Source: Parcubacteria bacterium C7867-008
Lineage (GTDB): Bacteria > Patescibacteriota > Minisyncoccia > Phycocordibacterales > Phycocordibacteraceae
Assembly (NCBI GenBank): GCA_001189215.1
Contig: LFCR01000002.1
Location: forward strand, 10,677-74,676
Direction: 5' to 3'
DNA length: 64,000 nt
This document shows, piece by piece, positions 60,396 through 64,000 of the stretch. How positions within the stretch are numbered: the first letter of the stretch is position 1; every line of letters starts with the position of its first letter. The notes beneath the pieces were generated by a model. It was not told the DNA's origin. It made no database searches and worked only from the letters and a program-made list of their open reading frames with translations. A program made the translations under genes and the position numbers.

Positions 60396-61066
60396 TCTTT
60401 TATTTTCTCTAACGCTACCTCACTCCAAACCTGAATCTTTCTCGCGAATCTTACCCCGAATTCCTTTCTTCCACGAGCCCGTACATTTATATGCAGGGTT
60501 CCAAATGGAAGCTTTTTAAATGTCCTGTTCTTCTTTTTGCTTCTTAGATCAAGAATAGTCTTTTGGAACTGGGACTCTGGAATCGTAGTCGCTTGAGACC
60601 AAAATTGCAAACATTGAGAGTTATCTAGATCAGGATATATATACATACGAGCCGTAAATTGATCAGTCTCAACTCCCAACAATCTGAACCAAGCCACCAT
60701 ACAACGCATTACCTCAGGGTTTGAATTACTTACAGCGACTATTCCATTTGTTTTTGACCCTTCACCTAAGTAGATCGCGAGTCCAAATATGAATAAATCT
60801 CTATTGGTTATTTCACCAATTTCCACTAAAACAGTCTCGCGTAATTCATTTAGCTCCGTTTTGAGTACTTGTGCTCGTTTTTCTCCCGCAGCTGCTCTCG
60901 CTTTTCCATAGAGTTTAATGACTTCTTCATTTGGTTTATATGGAACTTTACTCAGCCAATTACTTAGAGTGCTTTTAGGTATACCTAACTCCTTCGAAAT
61001 ATACAGATATGAATATCCCTGTTTTCGTAAATCAATTGCAGTTTCACGTGTTGGCAGATTATGCAT
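60386..61066 (-). CDS. HTH plus LAGLIDADG-like protein
   Basis: LRKQGYSY..IS..LGIPKSTLSNWL HTH; GLAIYLGEGSK, SNSNP, W...T.IP..QF, FGTL. Confidence 0.75.
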   Translation of the reverse strand: MHNLPTRETAIDLRKQGYSYLYISKELGIPKSTLSNWLSKVPYKPNEEVIKLYGKARAAAGEKRAQVLKTELNELRETVLVEIGEITNRDLFIFGLAIYLGEGSKTNGIVAVSNSNPEVMRCMVAWFRLLGVETDQFTARMYIYPDLDNSQCLQFWSQATTIPESQFQKTILDLRSKKKNRTFKKLPFGTLHINVRARGRKEFGVRFARKIQVWSEVALEKIKERD

Positions 61067-61170
61067 ACGCTGTAGAGGTAGCGTAACAATTCAGTGATCA
61101 ATACTTGATAAGGAGAAAATCAAATATTCCTTAACCTATCTTTTTGAACGTTCTGTTGTACCCTACAGCT

Positions 61171-62379
61171 ATGAAAGTGGTAGTTCTAGGGATGGTTGCT
61201 GCGCTGGTATTCAGTGCAGGGGCTGCGTATCTAGTATTCGTACCAAATAGCCAGAAGCCAATTCCTATAGCAACACTCACTGCTGCAGCTGGTTCCACGA
61301 TCTACGACACATCCAGTATCGTGGAACTGTTTCGTCAGCTGTTCGTTCTTCAACAGAAGGTGAAGGAACTGCAACCACCACTGGCGACTACAACAATTCC
61401 CTTTGCTCCCAACGTTGGAACGACCACTACAAGCAAGAAGGCTCCAGTAAAGGCCGTGAAACCTGTTGCGCCAAAAGTTGTGGCACCAGTGAACACAGAA
61501 ACGAAGCTTGGCCTTGCGCTCCCTAAACTACGCAGTGCAATCGTAAATATTGTCTGTATCCCAAACAAAGCAGGTACAGGGCTACGAGGTATCTCTGGTA
61601 CCGGTGTCATTATCGACTCACGTGGCATTATTTTGACCGTGGCACACGTTGCGCAGTATGAATTGATTGCAGCTGCACGTCCTGATCTCCTTACGTGTGT
61701 GGTACGTACTGGTAGTCCAGCTGCTTCTGCGTATTTTGCTAAACCTATATATGTTTCACAGGACTGGATTGATCGTAATTCGAAACTACTTTCCTCTTCT
61801 GATCCCCGTGGAACGGGTGAGGATGACTTTGCACTGCTTGCCATAACTGAAACAGCCACCAAGACTCCCCTGCCAGCCAGCTTCCCTTCTGTTTCACTAG
61901 CTAACAACACACCAACTCTCAAACAGGGTGTTGTTATAGGTTCGTATGGTGCTGAGTTTCTAAGTACAGAAACTATCCGTTCTGGCATATTCCCCACCCT
62001 CGTATTCGCATCCGTTAAAGATCGTCTCACCTTTGGTTCTCAGATGGTTGATCTGATATCTCTTGGTGGCGGGGCTGCTGCACAAGAAGGGTCTTCAGGA
62101 GGAGGTGCAGTGAACGAAGACGCGCAATTAGTTGGGCTGATCACCTCACGTTCTAACGCAGCAAACCTAAACGATCGCGATCTGCGTGCTATCACAAACA
62201 CTTACCTGCAAAGCGCATTCCGTGAAGAGACTGGTGAGTCTATAGACTCATTCCTTTCTACAGATAGAAAATCTCTGGTGAGCGATTATGCGTCTGACGC
62301 CACAAAACTCGGGGCCATGCTCGTAAAGGTAAACCGTATCACCAATCAGGTTTCAATCTCAACCCCAACAGGATTGTGA
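61171..62379 (+). CDS. membrane-anchored trypsin-like serine protease
   Basis: SGTGVII, LTVAHV, DFALL, GSSGG catalytic triad. Confidence 0.9.
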   Translation: MKVVVLGMVAALVFSAGAAYLVFVPNSQKPIPIATLTAAAGSTIYDTSSIVELFRQLFVLQQKVKELQPPLATTTIPFAPNVGTTTTSKKAPVKAVKPVAPKVVAPVNTETKLGLALPKLRSAIVNIVCIPNKAGTGLRGISGTGVIIDSRGIILTVAHVAQYELIAAARPDLLTCVVRTGSPAASAYFAKPIYVSQDWIDRNSKLLSSSDPRGTGEDDFALLAITETATKTPLPASFPSVSLANNTPTLKQGVVIGSYGAEFLSTETIRSGIFPTLVFASVKDRLTFGSQMVDLISLGGGAAAQEGSSGGGAVNEDAQLVGLITSRSNAANLNDRDLRAITNTYLQSAFREETGESIDSFLSTDRKSLVSDYASDATKLGAMLVKVNRITNQVSISTPTGL

Positions 62380-63122
62380 TCTGAACCATGAAGTTCTGGG
62401 TGTACCCACGCTCTGCACGCCTTAACCCCATCTGAAAGAAGAATATGATCAAGTTGTGACCGTGAGAAATTGTGTGTCACTTTCCCTTTCAAAGGATTCT
62501 TAAGTTTCACACCTTCAAATCGTTCTTCAAACAAATCACGTTCTGGGTACCACGGTACCGCTTGTGACAGAGGTGCGCCAAGCAGCCAGTTAAGTATCTT
62601 CATTGGACCGTATTCAATCACATTGAAATCTCCACACACAATTGCTGGTAGCTCTGGCTGGATGTGCCCCACTACTGCTTCGAACTCCTGTGCACGATTG
62701 TGTGGGCCCCAGAGCGTTAAGTGCACTGAGAATATTCTTGTCAGAACACCGTTACCTAAATCAATATCTGCATACACGGCACCGCGCTCTGTTACAAAAG
62801 ACCACTGAAACATGCGCATAAATCCTATGAACAGCCGTGTATGTAGTGGAAATCCGAAATCGAAGAATTGCAAAGTTCCTTGATTGGCAATCGAATGTTT
62901 TGAAAGTATTGCTACATAATTCTTTTCTTGTCTTTTATCAGACATCAATCGTATTACATCTACATGATAGGTAAGATGAAAGGGCATCTTCTTAATATAT
63001 GCGAGAAGTTCTGGTGTTACTTCTTGCAAGCAGAGCACATCAAAATCCAGATTATCAATAAACTTGCACATTTCCTTGAACTTAGTGTTGTAGCAATAAA
63101 CGTTCCAGGAATATATTTTCAT
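62346..63122 (-). CDS. endonuclease/exonuclease/phosphatase family protein
   Basis: SWNV, LCLQEV, CGDFN, LDHIL, SDHNP. Confidence 0.93.
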   Translation of the reverse strand: MKIYSWNVYCYNTKFKEMCKFIDNLDFDVLCLQEVTPELLAYIKKMPFHLTYHVDVIRLMSDKRQEKNYVAILSKHSIANQGTLQFFDFGFPLHTRLFIGFMRMFQWSFVTERGAVYADIDLGNGVLTRIFSVHLTLWGPHNRAQEFEAVVGHIQPELPAIVCGDFNVIEYGPMKILNWLLGAPLSQAVPWYPERDLFEERFEGVKLKNPLKGKVTHNFSRSQLDHILLSDGVKACRAWVHPELHGSDHNPVGVEIET

Positions 63123-63229
63123 GTGTATTAAATAGTACTGCGCAAAACCGATAATTCAATGAAGTCTGTATTGAAAGGACCTTTCATAAATTACCGCAGT
63201 CTGGGTCGACGCTAGAACTTTACTGGCAC

Positions 63230-63258
63230 TTGACAACAAATGAGTACTGTGAGATTAT
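63230..63258 (+). promoter_or_regulatory. sigma70-type promoter for the candidate ncRNA
   Basis: TTGACA-N17-GATTAT. Confidence 0.6.
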
Positions 63259-63264
63259 AGCTAT

Positions 63265-63560
63265 GGGTCGGAGGCACTCGATGCCGACCTGCCTTAGGCA
63301 CTTTCCCTAGGAAAGACGCGCCGAAAAGCCTCGATTGGACTTTGCTACCAGTAGCGTAAAGAAATAGGCACTACGTTGATACCGCTTGGGAAACCAAGCA
63401 AAGTTTGAGACGTGTAATTGTTTAGTCTAAGCACTACAGGAACGTTAAAAAGCGATTGACTGCATCCTAGGGCTGCTATCGGTCCGCTCATCAAAACAAC
63501 GCGAAACTCTACGGAGTCTCGCAACAAGGTCGCTACCTCACGGTGCGGCCTTTTTCTTTT
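63265..63560 (+). ncRNA. unassigned structured RNA, about 295 nt
   Basis: Own promoter and terminator, many stems, GAAA and C(UACG)G tetraloops, no credible ORF. Confidence 0.65.
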
Positions 63561-63612
63561 ATAAAGTTCGATACCTTTAGGCAGGGGTGGCAGCCTGGGA
63601 CGATGTTGGAAC

Positions 63613-64000
63613 CTATTTCACTCTGGCGATGAAATGAAACACATGCCAATGTTTCATTATTCCCGCGGCTGTAGGCTTATCTACCTCTTCCTCCTCAAAT
63701 TCAAGTACCGTTAGCTTTTCCAAAAGCTTTTCAGCTTCAGCACGGGTATGAAAGGTCATTGTGTCCTTTCCCTGCCACTCATCTCGGTCTCCAAAGAATT
63801 GGCCCGTGAAAATTCCACCAGTCTTTAATGATCTAATGATTTCAGACCATACTTTTTCAAATTGATCAGGGTGCAGGAATGGAAGGGTATATTGTGCATT
63901 TACGAGATCATATTCTTTAGCACGAAACGTAAATGACTCCATTTTCTCAACGACGTATGTAAATTTATCTGCTGGAAGTTTATCTGCAATTTCTGTCGCC
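63613..64000 (-). CDS. class I SAM-dependent methyltransferase (partial, starts beyond window)
   Basis: YDLVNAQYTLPF, LKTGGIF.GQFFG..DEW, KHWHVFHFIA; frame stays open to the edge. Confidence 0.85.
   Translation of the reverse strand, partial: ATEIADKLPADKFTYVVEKMESFTFRAKEYDLVNAQYTLPFLHPDQFEKVWSEIIRSLKTGGIFTGQFFGDRDEWQGKDTMTFHTRAEAEKLLEKLTVLEFEEEEVDKPTAAGIMKHWHVFHFIARVK

Noticed and set aside
63345-63527. 60-aa minus-strand ORF in the ncRNA region
   Set aside because: No motif or start context; the structure and promoter/terminator point to a + strand RNA
63265-63560. Calling the structured RNA tmRNA, RNase P or HEARO/omega RNA
   Set aside because: No acceptor stem, T-arm or Ala-ending tag; AGGAAAGAC lacks a P4 partner; only short out-of-order omega-like words and no IscB/TnpB gene
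63580-63613. Possible degenerate tRNA 3' fragment (att-like scar) GGTTCCAAC...GCCACCCCTGCC on the minus strand
   Set aside because: Too short and degenerate, with no matching tRNA or recombinase in the window

Overview
A 64-kb chromosomal segment of a Patescibacteria (CPR) bacterium, probably Parcubacteria (inferred from no rpmD between rpsE and rplO, SD-less T-rich translation starts on core genes, type IV pilus and competence genes, and an HTH/LAGLIDADG-like gene beside a tRNA). Bases 1-21 kb hold the str/S10/spc ribosomal-protein cluster on the minus strand, broken into separately promoted pieces by inserted genes. The rest holds ComEC, RecJ, RNase HI, pgk/tpiA, pilus genes, nusA, ppa, clpP, rny, HU, rarA and tRNA-Gly(TCC). 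Main oddities: (1) about a dozen scattered solo genes carry Shine-Dalgarno sites that core genes lack, and several look like proteins of a diderm (alphaproteobacterial-like) cell, including an outer-membrane beta-barrel; (2) four core genes (rplV, rpsL, HU, rpsG) have clean deletions, most likely from assembly; (3) a TrmB-regulated methyltransferase plus cNMP-domain/SAH-hydrolase-like fusion; (4) an unassigned ~295-nt structured RNA at 63.3 kb and a ~330-nt structured rplC leader; (5) a shared hairpin-plus-U-tract leader on translation genes; (6) a (CT)5 frameshift in a coiled-coil gene. All homology calls come from motif recognition; no searches were run.
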